Shown: piece by piece, positions 38,280-53,643 of the stretch
How positions within the stretch are numbered: the stretch's first letter is position 1
Layout of the letters: each line of letters starts with the position of its first letter
Source: a virus
Taxonomy: Duplodnaviria; Caudoviricetes
Direction: 5' to 3' (one strand)
Virus record (IMG/VR): IMGVR_UViG_3300049477_000020
Location: 1 to 53,643 of that record
Length of the DNA stretch: 53,643 nucleotides
Made by a program: the position numbers and the translations under genes
The notes under the pieces: model-generated
Database searches by the model: none
The model's input: the letters and a program-made list of their open reading frames with translations, nothing else
Told to the model about the DNA's origin: nothing

Positions 38280-39053
38280 GGATCCGGCACCCCGAGGCCA
38301 CGTCTGGCCATCCAGAGGCACTACCCCTCCTGCATCAAGCCGGGTGGGGGTTCGGACAAGAAACGTGGGCAGAGAGTCCTTCAACGACAACTGGTGAGCG
38401 AAAGTGATGGTGTTGCTCAACTCGATCCATGGGGTGGCATCTGTGGTGGCCGTCTCATCCTCTGCGAGATCGGTCCCTGCTGTTTGCCCACAACGTAGGG
38501 ACAAGGTCCGAGAAGATGCTGTGACGTTGTGGTAGCGCCAGCCAACTTCGATGACGAGAGCATCACCGGCAGTAGCGTCCACACTGGACATCGCTGATCC
38601 AGATCCCGACCAGCCCGGAGGCAGTTTCCTGTTGGTCAACGCTGTGGCGATCTCGTAGTTATCGGTGCCAGCGCTGCCTGAGATCGCCACCGAGGTGTTC
38701 TGAGAAGAGAAGAGGGTGCCCCTCTCCGTGCCAGTTGGGCTGACTACCCGCAGGTGGAGTTGCAGGCAACCATCAGCATCTGCGGCGCTCTCTAGCGCCA
38801 GGATCTGCCCCTTGACGTTGCCTGTGATCGTCTGGGTGGCTAGCCCTGGCATCACCCACTGCGTATGCAGAGAGTTGCCAGCGACAGAAGCAGTCTCACC
38901 AGCCCCAGACAGCGTGGAGTAGGCGTAAGGAGCCTCGTTGGTATCTGTTGCTCGACGCCTCACCGCTCCACCAGTGGCGCCCCAGTACGCGCCATAGGCT
39001 GGAGCGATGATCGTTCCCGGTGGGCTGTACGGCAAGTAGATGCGAGTTGCCAT
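38274..39053 (-). CDS. Putative virion structural protein
   Basis: Thr/Ala/Ser-rich beta protein in the collagen operon. Confidence 0.6.
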   Translation of the reverse strand: MATRIYLPYSPPGTIIAPAYGAYWGATGGAVRRRATDTNEAPYAYSTLSGAGETASVAGNSLHTQWVMPGLATQTITGNVKGQILALESAADADGCLQLHLRVVSPTGTERGTLFSSQNTSVAISGSAGTDNYEIATALTNRKLPPGWSGSGSAMSSVDATAGDALVIEVGWRYHNVTASSRTLSLRCGQTAGTDLAEDETATTDATPWIELSNTITFAHQLSLKDSLPTFLVRTPTRLDAGGVVPLDGQTWPRGAGSW

Positions 39054-39056
39054 CGT

Positions 39057-39968
39057 CTACTCGAAGATCAGCAGGGCTGAAGCAGAGGCTTCGGCACCCT
39101 GACTGGTGCCCTTAGGAGACCCGGAGCCTGCGGTGTTGTTGTTGAGGCAGATGTGGGTGCGCGAGGTGCCGAAGGGGCTGAAGGCCACCCGCTGTCCCAG
39201 AGCGAAGTCGTAGTACCAGACCCCGAAGATGCCACCTAGACGTTGGAACGACGCACCGTTGTAGACCGAGTAGTTCCACACCGGTACTGTGCCGGACACA
39301 GCCAGTGACGCCGCGTAGGAGGTCGGAACAGTGGCTGCCCACCCCCCGCGTTCGGACGTTCTGGCAAGACCTGTGCTCGTAGAATAAGTGACCCTCGTGG
39401 TGTTGGAGGCGGCGTTGGTGTTGTAGATAGCATCCCACCCAGTCGTGTCTGGGACGCCGCTGTCATTGACATGCCGGAAGACCCCAAAGAACATCCCCGG
39501 CCCACCAGCAGAGGCAGAGTCAACCCCCTTGATGGCAAACCAGAGTGAACCCGTGTCGGTGTTGTAGCAGAGGAAGTTGTTGGCTGCGCTGGAGGCACCC
39601 GTCCCGGTGGTGTTCAGCGCTGTTGCGGCCAGTACAGACACCCCTGTCAGCGTGCCTGCTCCGTTGGAAGCCGTGGCCGCAGAGACGCGCAGGTTGGGGC
39701 GCGTGCCATCCGTGGAGCCGGAGCCGTACTCGATCTTGATGAAGATCGGTGCAGTCGCGTGCGCGGTGTCGTTGAACCTCCAAATCTCGTATCCCTGGTA
39801 GGTCGTGGCAGTGGGTGGGGTGGCGACAGTGGTCCAGTCGATCTGCCCCGTGTCACTCGTCTTGGTCAGCCCTACCGCAGCGAGGTTGTCAGACAGCGCC
39901 TTCCCCCAAAGCCTGAACTGCGCGTCTGTCGTCTGCACCGTGAGGGTGTTCCATACGGCGGTAGCCAT
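39057..39968 (-). CDS. Putative virion structural protein
   Basis: Thr/Gly/Ser-rich; follows the collagen gene. Confidence 0.6.
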   Translation of the reverse strand: MATAVWNTLTVQTTDAQFRLWGKALSDNLAAVGLTKTSDTGQIDWTTVATPPTATTYQGYEIWRFNDTAHATAPIFIKIEYGSGSTDGTRPNLRVSAATASNGAGTLTGVSVLAATALNTTGTGASSAANNFLCYNTDTGSLWFAIKGVDSASAGGPGMFFGVFRHVNDSGVPDTTGWDAIYNTNAASNTTRVTYSTSTGLARTSERGGWAATVPTSYAASLAVSGTVPVWNYSVYNGASFQRLGGIFGVWYYDFALGQRVAFSPFGTSRTHICLNNNTAGSGSPKGTSQGAEASASALLIFE

Positions 39969-39970
39969 AC

Positions 39971-41899
39971 CTACTCCGTCCTGATCCAGCCGAGGATGAC
40001 CTCGACCGTGCTTGTGCTGCCCGAGCGGTTCTCGATGGCGTAGTACACGTCCGTACCTGTCGGGCAGTAGCCATCCACGAGCGGCGACAGGTCGTAGTCT
40101 ACGGCCCCGGTGGCGACGAACTCGAACATGAGCCCATGATCCCCAGTCGGATCTGTGCCGACGGAGCGAGCCGCATCTGCGGTGCGCTTAGCGCTCGTGG
40201 TGTAGAGGCGCACTCGGCAGGCCCGGTCGGTCTCGATGGTGTGGAGGCGGTAGCCCGACGCCATCGCCTTTGTTCCATTCTCGGTCGCGTTCACTGCGAG
40301 TGAACCCGTCGTGATAGTGGACGTGTCACGAGTGAAGTAGGAGGGGCCAGTGGACCCAGTAGGACCGAAGGGGCCAGGCACTCCATCCTCACCATCTGAG
40401 CCATCTAGCCCAGGGACTCCAGAAGGCCCAGTGGCTCCGGTAGCCCCGGTGACTCCTGTGACTCCTGTGACACCGGCGCCCGTGACTCCGATGTCTCCAG
40501 TTGGACCCGTGGGACCTGTGTCGCCAGTCACCCCGGTGATTCCTGTGACCCCAGTCGTCCCTTGTGGTCCCGTCACCCCGGTCACACCGGTGACCCCGCT
40601 GATGCCCGTCGGTCCTGTGGGTCCAGTGTCGCCCGTGACTCCTGTCACGCCGGTGACACCTGTAGGGCCGACTTCTCCCGTGGCTCCTACAGGACCAGTG
40701 GCTCCAATGGGCCCTTGTACCCCGATGTCGCCGTCAAGCCCATCTGCCCCGTCTACCCCAGGAGGCCCAGTCGCTCCGGTCACTCCTGTGACGCCTGTCG
40801 TGCCAGCCCCAGTGACCCCCGTTGCCCCTGTGACGCCAGTGACACCCTTCACGCCAGTGGCTCCGGTGGTACCTGCTCCGGTGGCTCCCGTGACTCCTGT
40901 GACCCCGGTGATGCCTCGGGCACCAGTGCCCCCCGTGCCACCCGTGGCTCCGGCTGCGCCCGACACCCCAGTTGGTCCTGTGGCGCCAGTGACACCAGCA
41001 CCAGTGGCTCCAGTGACACCCGTGATGCCCGTGGCTCCGGTAGGACCGACATCTCCGGTGGCTCCAGTCGGACCTGTGGGGCCGCCTGCGGGGCCAGTTG
41101 CTCCCGTGGTGCCGGGGGCTCCAGGAGGCCCTGTGACGCCCGAAGGGCCGGTTGCACCTACGAGCCCAGTGTCGCCAGTCTGGCCAGCCACACCTATGCC
41201 CATCGGCCCGGACGGGCCAGTAGAGCCGGTGGGGCCAGTAGCGCCTGTCACTCCGACAGGGCCAGAGGTGATGGGGATGCCCGTCGGCCAGGGCTGGCCG
41301 TCCACCTTGGGTCCGTAGAGTGTGGGCGGGTCATCGAGGAGGTAGTAGTCGCCCTCGTTCCCGAGCCCCTGCTGGGGCACAGTCGAGCCGTGGCGCAGGA
41401 GTGTGCCCTGGACTCCCTGGACACCCGTTGGTCCAGTCGGGCCTGTTGGGCCAGAGGCTCCCGAGCCACCCGTGTTGCCGGTGGGGCCAGTCGGACCAGA
41501 GGGCCCCGTGGATCCCGCGACCCCCGAGACACCTGTGGGTCCGGTGGCGCCCTTGGGGCCGATGAGGACCTCGGTGCCAGCATCGAAGAGGGCCTGCTCG
41601 ATCAGGTCGAGCCGCTGGTCGAGTTCAGCGAACATGGGGTAGGTCGGTCCTGAGCCCGCCTTGGCGTAGAGAGTGTCTACGTCGTCGGGGCCGAGGAAGC
41701 GGGGGATGAGCGCGTCAGCGCCGATGGTCAGCGTCGAACTCGGGATGGGGGTCGAGTCGAGTTCCTGGATGTCAGCCAGGATGGTGCCAGCCTCGTCCTC
41801 GTAGACGACGACGGGGTCAGCATCAGGGGTCAGGATGGGGTCGCCTGGGCCTTGGTAGACAAAGGCGATGCGGTCCTCGGGGAAGATGAACCTCGTCAA
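39971..41899 (-). CDS. Collagen-like fibre protein (GxT repeats)
   Basis: About 400 aa of Gly-X-Thr repeats between globular termini; GGAGGTG RBS, TTG start. Confidence 0.85.
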   Translation of the reverse strand: MTRFIFPEDRIAFVYQGPGDPILTPDADPVVVYEDEAGTILADIQELDSTPIPSSTLTIGADALIPRFLGPDDVDTLYAKAGSGPTYPMFAELDQRLDLIEQALFDAGTEVLIGPKGATGPTGVSGVAGSTGPSGPTGPTGNTGGSGASGPTGPTGPTGVQGVQGTLLRHGSTVPQQGLGNEGDYYLLDDPPTLYGPKVDGQPWPTGIPITSGPVGVTGATGPTGSTGPSGPMGIGVAGQTGDTGLVGATGPSGVTGPPGAPGTTGATGPAGGPTGPTGATGDVGPTGATGITGVTGATGAGVTGATGPTGVSGAAGATGGTGGTGARGITGVTGVTGATGAGTTGATGVKGVTGVTGATGVTGAGTTGVTGVTGATGPPGVDGADGLDGDIGVQGPIGATGPVGATGEVGPTGVTGVTGVTGDTGPTGPTGISGVTGVTGVTGPQGTTGVTGITGVTGDTGPTGPTGDIGVTGAGVTGVTGVTGATGATGPSGVPGLDGSDGEDGVPGPFGPTGSTGPSYFTRDTSTITTGSLAVNATENGTKAMASGYRLHTIETDRACRVRLYTTSAKRTADAARSVGTDPTGDHGLMFEFVATGAVDYDLSPLVDGYCPTGTDVYYAIENRSGSTSTVEVILGWIRTE

Positions 41900-41930
41900 G
41901 AGCCGCTCACCTCCATCTGTTGGGCGCTCC

Positions 41931-41966
41931 TACCCCTTCGTGGGGCTCGGTCGAGCAGGGACAGGG
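41931..41966 (-). promoter_or_regulatory. Conserved bipartite late-gene motif
   Basis: CCCTGT-N12-GAGCCCCACGAAGGGGTA upstream of 41899. Confidence 0.75.
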
Positions 41967-42797
41967 CTACCAGGAGTAGACTATGACTACGCCGGATGCG
42001 CCGTCACCGCCCGCTCCAGACGCGGTCCCGTTGGTAGAGCCACCGCCTCCACCTCCCCCACCACCGGCTGAGCCTCCGTCGCCGCCTGCGAACCCAGCCG
42101 CAGCACCACCGCCACCACCAGTGCCTGGCTCCAAGGAGTTGTTGACGCCAGGATCGCCTGGGTTGCCTGCGGTACCAAACGCTCCCCCATCATCCAGGCT
42201 GCTACGACAAGTGTTGCCAGTAGCACCGTCCGAGTTGGTGTTGTCAGCCTTGATCCCACCCCCAGCGCCTCCCGCACCGGCACCAGGTCTAGGCGAATCG
42301 ACGCCAAAGCCATTGGCGACGCCAGCGGCAGTAGAATCTCCCCCATCAGATCCGTCGTACATCCCCCATCCACCGCGACTTCCTGTAGTGGCTCCGTTCT
42401 TGCCAGCGACTCCGCCAATACCCCCTCCAGCCTTCAGGTGGTCATCAAAGGAAGAGGGGTCTCCATCGTTTCCGGCGATACCATCAGTGGAGTTGGTGGT
42501 CTGCCCATTGGCCCCGGTGCCGCCAGCACCAACGGTAATAGTAGTGACCGAGGAGGGTAGCGCTGAAGCGGGGAAGATTCTCACACTGTAGGAACCACCA
42601 CCACCACCGCCTCCGCCACCTCGTACAGTGCCAGCCAAACCCCTTCGACCACTACCGCCACCGCCACCGCCGCCGATGCAGTGCACTTCGACAAACTTGA
42701 TGCCCGGAGGCTTCGTCCATGTGTAGCCAGTGCCGGGTACGGAGAAGGCAGCCCTATCCACGATCTCACTGGTCAGCCCCGCGTACTGCTCACCCAT
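41967..42797 (-). CDS. Glycine-rich domain virion protein
   Basis: TWTKPPG..VHCIGGGGGGG ... GGDGASGVVIVYSW. Confidence 0.8.
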   Translation of the reverse strand: MGEQYAGLTSEIVDRAAFSVPGTGYTWTKPPGIKFVEVHCIGGGGGGGSGRRGLAGTVRGGGGGGGGGSYSVRIFPASALPSSVTTITVGAGGTGANGQTTNSTDGIAGNDGDPSSFDDHLKAGGGIGGVAGKNGATTGSRGGWGMYDGSDGGDSTAAGVANGFGVDSPRPGAGAGGAGGGIKADNTNSDGATGNTCRSSLDDGGAFGTAGNPGDPGVNNSLEPGTGGGGGAAAGFAGGDGGSAGGGGGGGGGSTNGTASGAGGDGASGVVIVYSW

Positions 42798-43698
42798 ACC
42801 AAGTCACCACCATGACGCACCCAGACGCCCCGTCTCCGCCAGCACCAGAGTCGCTGCCGCCACCACTGCTTCCGGCTCCTCCTCCACCGCCACCACCTCC
42901 GTAGAGACCACCGTTCCCACCGGCTCCCGCAGCCACGGCTGTGGTGTTGTTGGCCGAAGACCCACCACCACCACCGTTACCAGCATTAGCCCACCCGGTA
43001 CCAGATGAGTAGGTGGGGGACGCTGCGCTGGTGCCAGCCCTAGTGCCGCCCAGTGTGCCTCCAGGAGTGGTAGCAAAGGCTGTTGCCCTCGTGGGGCTGC
43101 CATTACCGCCATCCGATCCTGTGTTCCCCGAGTTGATTCCACCAGCACCACCACCCGAACCAGCGCCAGCCGTGCGCAACGAAGTCCCCAGCCCTGACCC
43201 AGCGCCACCTGTTGCGGAGGTATCTACACTGGCGCACCCAGGGAACTCACCGAAGCCACCTCGCACCCCTGCGGCTTCGGGGTTGGGTCTCGATCCGTTG
43301 CCTCCACCGCCGTTGCCTCCCAGAGCAGCACCCCCTCTGATGTGAGTCCCGAAGGATGAGGTTTGCCCGTCGAGCCCTGGGTTGCCGTCGTTGTTAGCAG
43401 ACCTGCCTGCGCCCCCTGATCCGCCGCCGCCCACAGTTACCGTCACCGTTTGTCCTACGTCCATCGCAGCGAACAAGCGAGAGTTCATCCCACCGCCGCC
43501 ACCACCAGACCCCCCACATCTTTCAGAACCACCACCGCCACGACGACCGCTCCCACCACCACCGCCTCCACCAATGCAGACGACGTAGATCACGCTAGCG
43601 TTGGCTGGCTTGTTCCAGGTGTAGGCGTCGGTGCCGTCCAGGGGGGCTCCGCCGTAGAACTGAACATCGACACGGTCTGGAAGTACTTGGCTACTCAA
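42790..43698 (-). CDS. Glycine-rich domain virion protein
   Basis: TWNKPAN..VVCIGGGGGGG ... GGDGASGCVMVVTW. Confidence 0.8.
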   Translation of the reverse strand: MSSQVLPDRVDVQFYGGAPLDGTDAYTWNKPANASVIYVVCIGGGGGGGSGRRGGGGSERCGGSGGGGGGMNSRLFAAMDVGQTVTVTVGGGGSGGAGRSANNDGNPGLDGQTSSFGTHIRGGAALGGNGGGGNGSRPNPEAAGVRGGFGEFPGCASVDTSATGGAGSGLGTSLRTAGAGSGGGAGGINSGNTGSDGGNGSPTRATAFATTPGGTLGGTRAGTSAASPTYSSGTGWANAGNGGGGGSSANNTTAVAAGAGGNGGLYGGGGGGGGAGSSGGGSDSGAGGDGASGCVMVVTWYG

Positions 43699-44503
43699 AC
43701 CAACTCACCACCATGACGCACCCCACCGCTCCATCCCCGCCATTCCCTGCTCTTCCTGTGCCGCTCTGGTACGCCGCTCCTCCACCGCCGCCACCGCCTC
43801 CGTAGAGACCACCGTTCCCTCCATCACCAGCGTTTCCGTTGGCAGCGGTGCGAGATGCTCCACCACTACCGCCACCACCGGTGTTAGCAAAGTTGGCTCC
43901 CGATGACTGGCCAGCGCTTCCATTACCAGAAGGGGCCACCCCTCCTGCGACGTTGCTGAAGATGGTACTGGCGTTGTTGAGGCCTTGGCCACCGTTGTAC
44001 GCCGTGAGGGTCGAGATACCACCACCACCACCACCTGACATCGCCCCTCCCGTGCGCAGGCTGATGGCCAACTCGTCTCCCGTGCCAGTAGACCTGGCAG
44101 AAGGAGCACACCCATCGGTCTGGGCTCTGCCACCAACGGTGTTGCCCCCACCTCCCGCTTTCAAGAATGTCCCGAATGAACTTTGGCCACCGGTCGTTCC
44201 TAGGGTTCCAAAGCCTGTTGTTCCTCCTGCGCCACCCCCGCCTCCTGCCCCAACTGTCACCGTGATGACGGTTGAATCGACCCAAGACCGCACGATAAAC
44301 AACTTCTTCGAGATGCCACCACCACCACCGCTCTCACCACCGCTAGCCGAACTGGAGGCTGGGCGCTCACCACCTTCACCACCCGCACCACCGCCGATGC
44401 AGACGACGTAGATGTAGTGGCAACCCGTCGGCTTGATCCAATCGTAGGTGCCCGCAGTCGCGAAGAACGTCGTCTGCGTCCTGAGGTAACGACTGAGAGT
44501 CAT
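43691..44503 (-). CDS. Glycine-rich domain virion protein
   Basis: DWIKPTG..VVCIGGGAGG ... GGDGAVGCVMVVSW. Confidence 0.8.
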   Translation of the reverse strand: MTLSRYLRTQTTFFATAGTYDWIKPTGCHYIYVVCIGGGAGGEGGERPASSSASGGESGGGGGISKKLFIVRSWVDSTVITVTVGAGGGGGAGGTTGFGTLGTTGGQSSFGTFLKAGGGGNTVGGRAQTDGCAPSARSTGTGDELAISLRTGGAMSGGGGGGISTLTAYNGGQGLNNASTIFSNVAGGVAPSGNGSAGQSSGANFANTGGGGSGGASRTAANGNAGDGGNGGLYGGGGGGGGAAYQSGTGRAGNGGDGAVGCVMVVSWFE

Positions 44504-44829
44504 TAGAAGGCGACCCCATGGATCGAGACGGTGATGTTGGTTCCTGAGTCTGAGATGCCTGCCACAAAGTCGTTCAGGTTCATCACCAGCATGACATCTA
44601 GGGTGATGATCGAGTTCCCAGGAACAGACAGGTCAGGGACGATCATGTTGTTGTTGGCAGCCGATCCTCCTGATGGGACCAGGTACAAGGTAATGCCCGA
44701 TGCTGTAGCCCCCGTGTTCGTCAGCATGATCTGCTTCAGGATGGCCCGCAAGCCCGTGGAAGTGAAGAGGGTCGTCGTTGATGTCGTTGGCATCGCATGG
44801 TAGAAGCGCGTGGGGGTGTAGATGCTCAC
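44503..44829 (-). CDS. Small beta-sandwich virion protein
   Basis: GAGGAGG RBS; AILKQIMLTNT motif similar to 51843-52214. Confidence 0.7.
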   Translation of the reverse strand: MSIYTPTRFYHAMPTTSTTTLFTSTGLRAILKQIMLTNTGATASGITLYLVPSGGSAANNNMIVPDLSVPGNSIITLDVMLVMNLNDFVAGISDSGTNITVSIHGVAF

Positions 44830-44845
44830 TTCAAGATCCTCCTCA

Positions 44846-51688
<6,843 letters not shown>

Positions 51689-51719
51689 GGGTGTGTCACC
51701 TCCCGCCGTTGTTGGTCTC

Positions 51720-51755
51720 TACCCCTTCGTGGGGCCGGGGAGGGTAGGGACAGGA
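51720..51755 (-). promoter_or_regulatory. Conserved bipartite late-gene motif
   Basis: TCCTGT-N12-CGGCCCCACGAAGGGGTA upstream of 51688. Confidence 0.75.
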
Positions 51756-51766
51756 GCAAGACTAAA

Positions 51767-51803
51767 GCCGTGGTCTCCGGTGGGTTGCACCAGAGACCAC
51801 GGC
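51767..51803 (-). terminator. Intrinsic terminator
   Basis: 11-bp stem GCCGTGGTCTC/GAGACCACGGC with an inner GGTG/CACC stem, followed by TTT on the minus strand. Confidence 0.7.
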
Positions 51804-51842
51804 CCAGGCTACCTGCTAAGACTGTGCTACGCCGGAGAGCGG

Positions 51843-52214
51843 TTACTGCATCCCGAGTTCGCCCCAGGCCATGATGTTGACCAGGGTCGTTGACGCGGCG
51901 CCGGTAAGGAACGTCGTGCCACCGAGGAGGCGGATGCCGCCGTACCACTCGAAGGTGGACTTGGCAGCAACGCTCTGGTCGAAGAAGATTTCAGTGCCAG
52001 CCGCAGCCGCACCAGTCGCACCGACCTGGAGGCGGAAGGTGATCGCAGAGGCGTTCGAGTTGGTGATGTGGATGTGACGCATGATCGCGTAGGGCGTGGC
52101 GGCAGCAAGGCCGACGTTGCCGGTGATCGTGCCAGGAGAATAGACGTTGGTCGTGTAGGTCGGCGTCCCGTTCAGGGCCGCGTTGACCAGAAGGGCCAGG
52201 GAGTTGGAAGCCAT
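51843..52214 (-). CDS. Small virion protein (possible decoration protein)
   Basis: Monocistronic, between the late motif and a terminator; similar to 44503-44829. Confidence 0.65.
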   Translation of the reverse strand: MASNSLALLVNAALNGTPTYTTNVYSPGTITGNVGLAAATPYAIMRHIHITNSNASAITFRLQVGATGAAAAGTEIFFDQSVAAKSTFEWYGGIRLLGGTTFLTGAASTTLVNIMAWGELGMQ

Positions 52215-52248
52215 CAGTCACTTCGCTTTCGGGTAGAGAGGGCGCCGT

Positions 52249-52284
52249 CACCCCTTCGTGGGACTCAGCCCATGCCCGACAGGA
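52249..52284 (-). promoter_or_regulatory. Conserved bipartite late-gene motif
   Basis: TCCTGT-N12-GAGTCCCACGAAGGGGTG upstream of 52214. Confidence 0.75.
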
Positions 52285-52785
52285 CTACTTGATGCCCCAT
52301 AGGGTGGGCAGGAGGTCCTTCAGGCGCTTGCCCGTGGTCCCAGCCGTCCCGTGATCGTTCAGGGGCTCGTCCCAGACGGCGTCAGCGATCTCAGCCGGGG
52401 TGGCGGCGACCCCTCCGTCCAGGACGATCAGACCGGCTGAGTTCTGGGCGATGATCTGGACCTGGTTCTGGACCAGGACCCCATTCTCCACGTCGAAGAT
52501 GTTGTTGTTCGAGCCCGCCAGCCGGACGGTGTAAGCCCCGTCCTCGAACTCGACGGAGTACCCGTTGATGATCTCGATCACTCGGGCGAAGGTGGTACCC
52601 GCCACCGTGACCTCGGTGTTGTGGCGATGAGTGTCGAGGAAGGGGATCCCCTCGTCGTCCTCGATGTCCTTCAGTTGCAGCCTGAACCAGTCCGTGTCCA
52701 ACTCATAGAGCGTGCCAGAAACCAAGGTCAGGTCGGCCTGCGGCACGAAGATGACCTTGGTGTTCCAGTTCACGGAGATGGCCAT
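52285..52785 (-). CDS. Hypothetical structural protein
   Basis: Coupled ORF; C-terminal AEIADAVWDEPL..H.TAGT.GK motif seen in phage structural proteins. Confidence 0.65.
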   Translation of the reverse strand: MAISVNWNTKVIFVPQADLTLVSGTLYELDTDWFRLQLKDIEDDEGIPFLDTHRHNTEVTVAGTTFARVIEIINGYSVEFEDGAYTVRLAGSNNNIFDVENGVLVQNQVQIIAQNSAGLIVLDGGVAATPAEIADAVWDEPLNDHGTAGTTGKRLKDLLPTLWGIK

Positions 52786-52788
52786 GGG

Positions 52789-53037
52789 CTACTCGGTCGT
52801 CGGACCCGAGCCCCGGTCCACCATCTGGGTGGCAAAGAGGTTCTGGAGTTGAGCGATCTTCTGGTCCTGCATGGTCACTCTGTTCTCCAGCCTGGTGAAC
52901 CGCTCCTCTGTGTCAGCACGCAGACGCTTGATCTCCTGAGCCAGGGCAACAGCGTTCATGTGCTGAGCCGAGCCCTCGCGGACGAGGCCTTCGCCGATCT
53001 TGACGGCGCGGGCTGGTTCAACTTCTTCGGTGGACAT
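52789..53037 (-). CDS. Small coiled-coil protein
   Basis: AGGAGA RBS; heptad-like LAQEIKRLRADTEERFTRLENRV. Confidence 0.65.
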   Translation of the reverse strand: MSTEEVEPARAVKIGEGLVREGSAQHMNAVALAQEIKRLRADTEERFTRLENRVTMQDQKIAQLQNLFATQMVDRGSGPTTE

Positions 53038-53044
53038 CTCTCTC

Positions 53045-53643
53045 CTATGCGTCGGGGATCATCTGAATCGTAGCGGAGAACCCCGCAACGGAGTCGATGG
53101 TTCCGGTGATCGGCGCGGACTTGTAGTACGTCGATGCAGACCCCTTGCGCGCTCTACCTGTGATGGGTTGGTCAGACGGCCAGGAGCGTGTGTCCGAGGC
53201 ATCTCCCGATCCGTCCACAGCAGCGTCGATGACCACGAGCGAGGCCTTGATGGTCCCGACTGCGGGGGAGGCCGGAGAGGACCCCATCGTGTAGGTGTAA
53301 GCGTTGGCGCCCGTCACGGTGATGGTCTTGACCCCGTTGTACGCAGCCAAAGTCGCGCCCTTGATGAGGACCTTGTCACCAGTGGACAGTCCGTGAGCGG
53401 TGTGGCTGACTGTGGCTGTGGTGGCCGCTGCGGTGATCGTCACCGTCACGTCTCCCGGCTTGCCTCCACCGGCAGCGCAGTAGACCAGCACCCGAGCGCT
53501 GGTGATGGCCGCTCCAGTGTTCACGTCCTGGACGTGGATGGCTGTGGTGACCGGGTCGGTGACGACGGTGTAGGTGTCTCCCGAGCGGGTCTTCTTGACG
53601 CTGACTGTCCCCGAGCACCCGACGGCGTTGATCGTCCAGGCTC
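53045..53643 (-). CDS. Structural protein, 5'-truncated by window edge
   Basis: Frame is open to the window end (AWTINAVGCSG...); contains the TAHGLSTGDKVLIKGA...YNG...TVTGANAYTY beta-barrel module typical of virion proteins. Confidence 0.7.
   Translation of the reverse strand, partial: AWTINAVGCSGTVSVKKTRSGDTYTVVTDPVTTAIHVQDVNTGAAITSARVLVYCAAGGGKPGDVTVTITAAATTATVSHTAHGLSTGDKVLIKGATLAAYNGVKTITVTGANAYTYTMGSSPASPAVGTIKASLVVIDAAVDGSGDASDTRSWPSDQPITGRARKGSASTYYKSAPITGTIDSVAGFSATIQMIPDA

Noticed and set aside
41983-44411. Plus-strand poly-proline ORFs
   Set aside because: They are the reverse complement of the Gly-rich genes.

Overview
This is a 53.6-kb, high-GC segment of a large actinobacterial myovirus-type (contractile-tail) phage genome, read almost entirely on the minus strand. 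The left arm (1-12 kb) holds a secreted resuscitation-promoting factor (Rpf) gene, cut off by the window edge and absent from the ORF track. It also encodes a 5'-3' exonuclease, two metallophosphoesterases, ThyX, a MerR-like HTH protein, a holin, a DinG helicase and a SNF2 helicase, plus a structured 400-bp switch region with divergent promoters and an unannotated 27-aa plus-strand peptide. The right arm (12-53.6 kb) is a virion module: fibres, baseplate (J, wedge, hub with cell-wall hydrolase domains), tape measure, chaperones with a -1 frameshift site, tube, sheath and neck proteins, a GT4 glycosyltransferase, three Gly-rich paralogs and two Thr-rich collagen proteins (642 and 2280 aa). The most notable signals are: (1) four divergent ParB/Srx-fold proteins among the neck genes, all starting with the tag MSLLWKxA; (2) a fixed-spacing bipartite motif (TCCTGT-N12-GAGCCCCACGAAGGGGT[AG]) in seven intergenic positions ahead of structural genes; (3) the phage Rpf; (4) the collagen/glycosyltransferase module; (5) the peptide/hairpin locus at 9.7-10.1 kb. 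All functional calls come from reading motifs by eye; no database searches were run.
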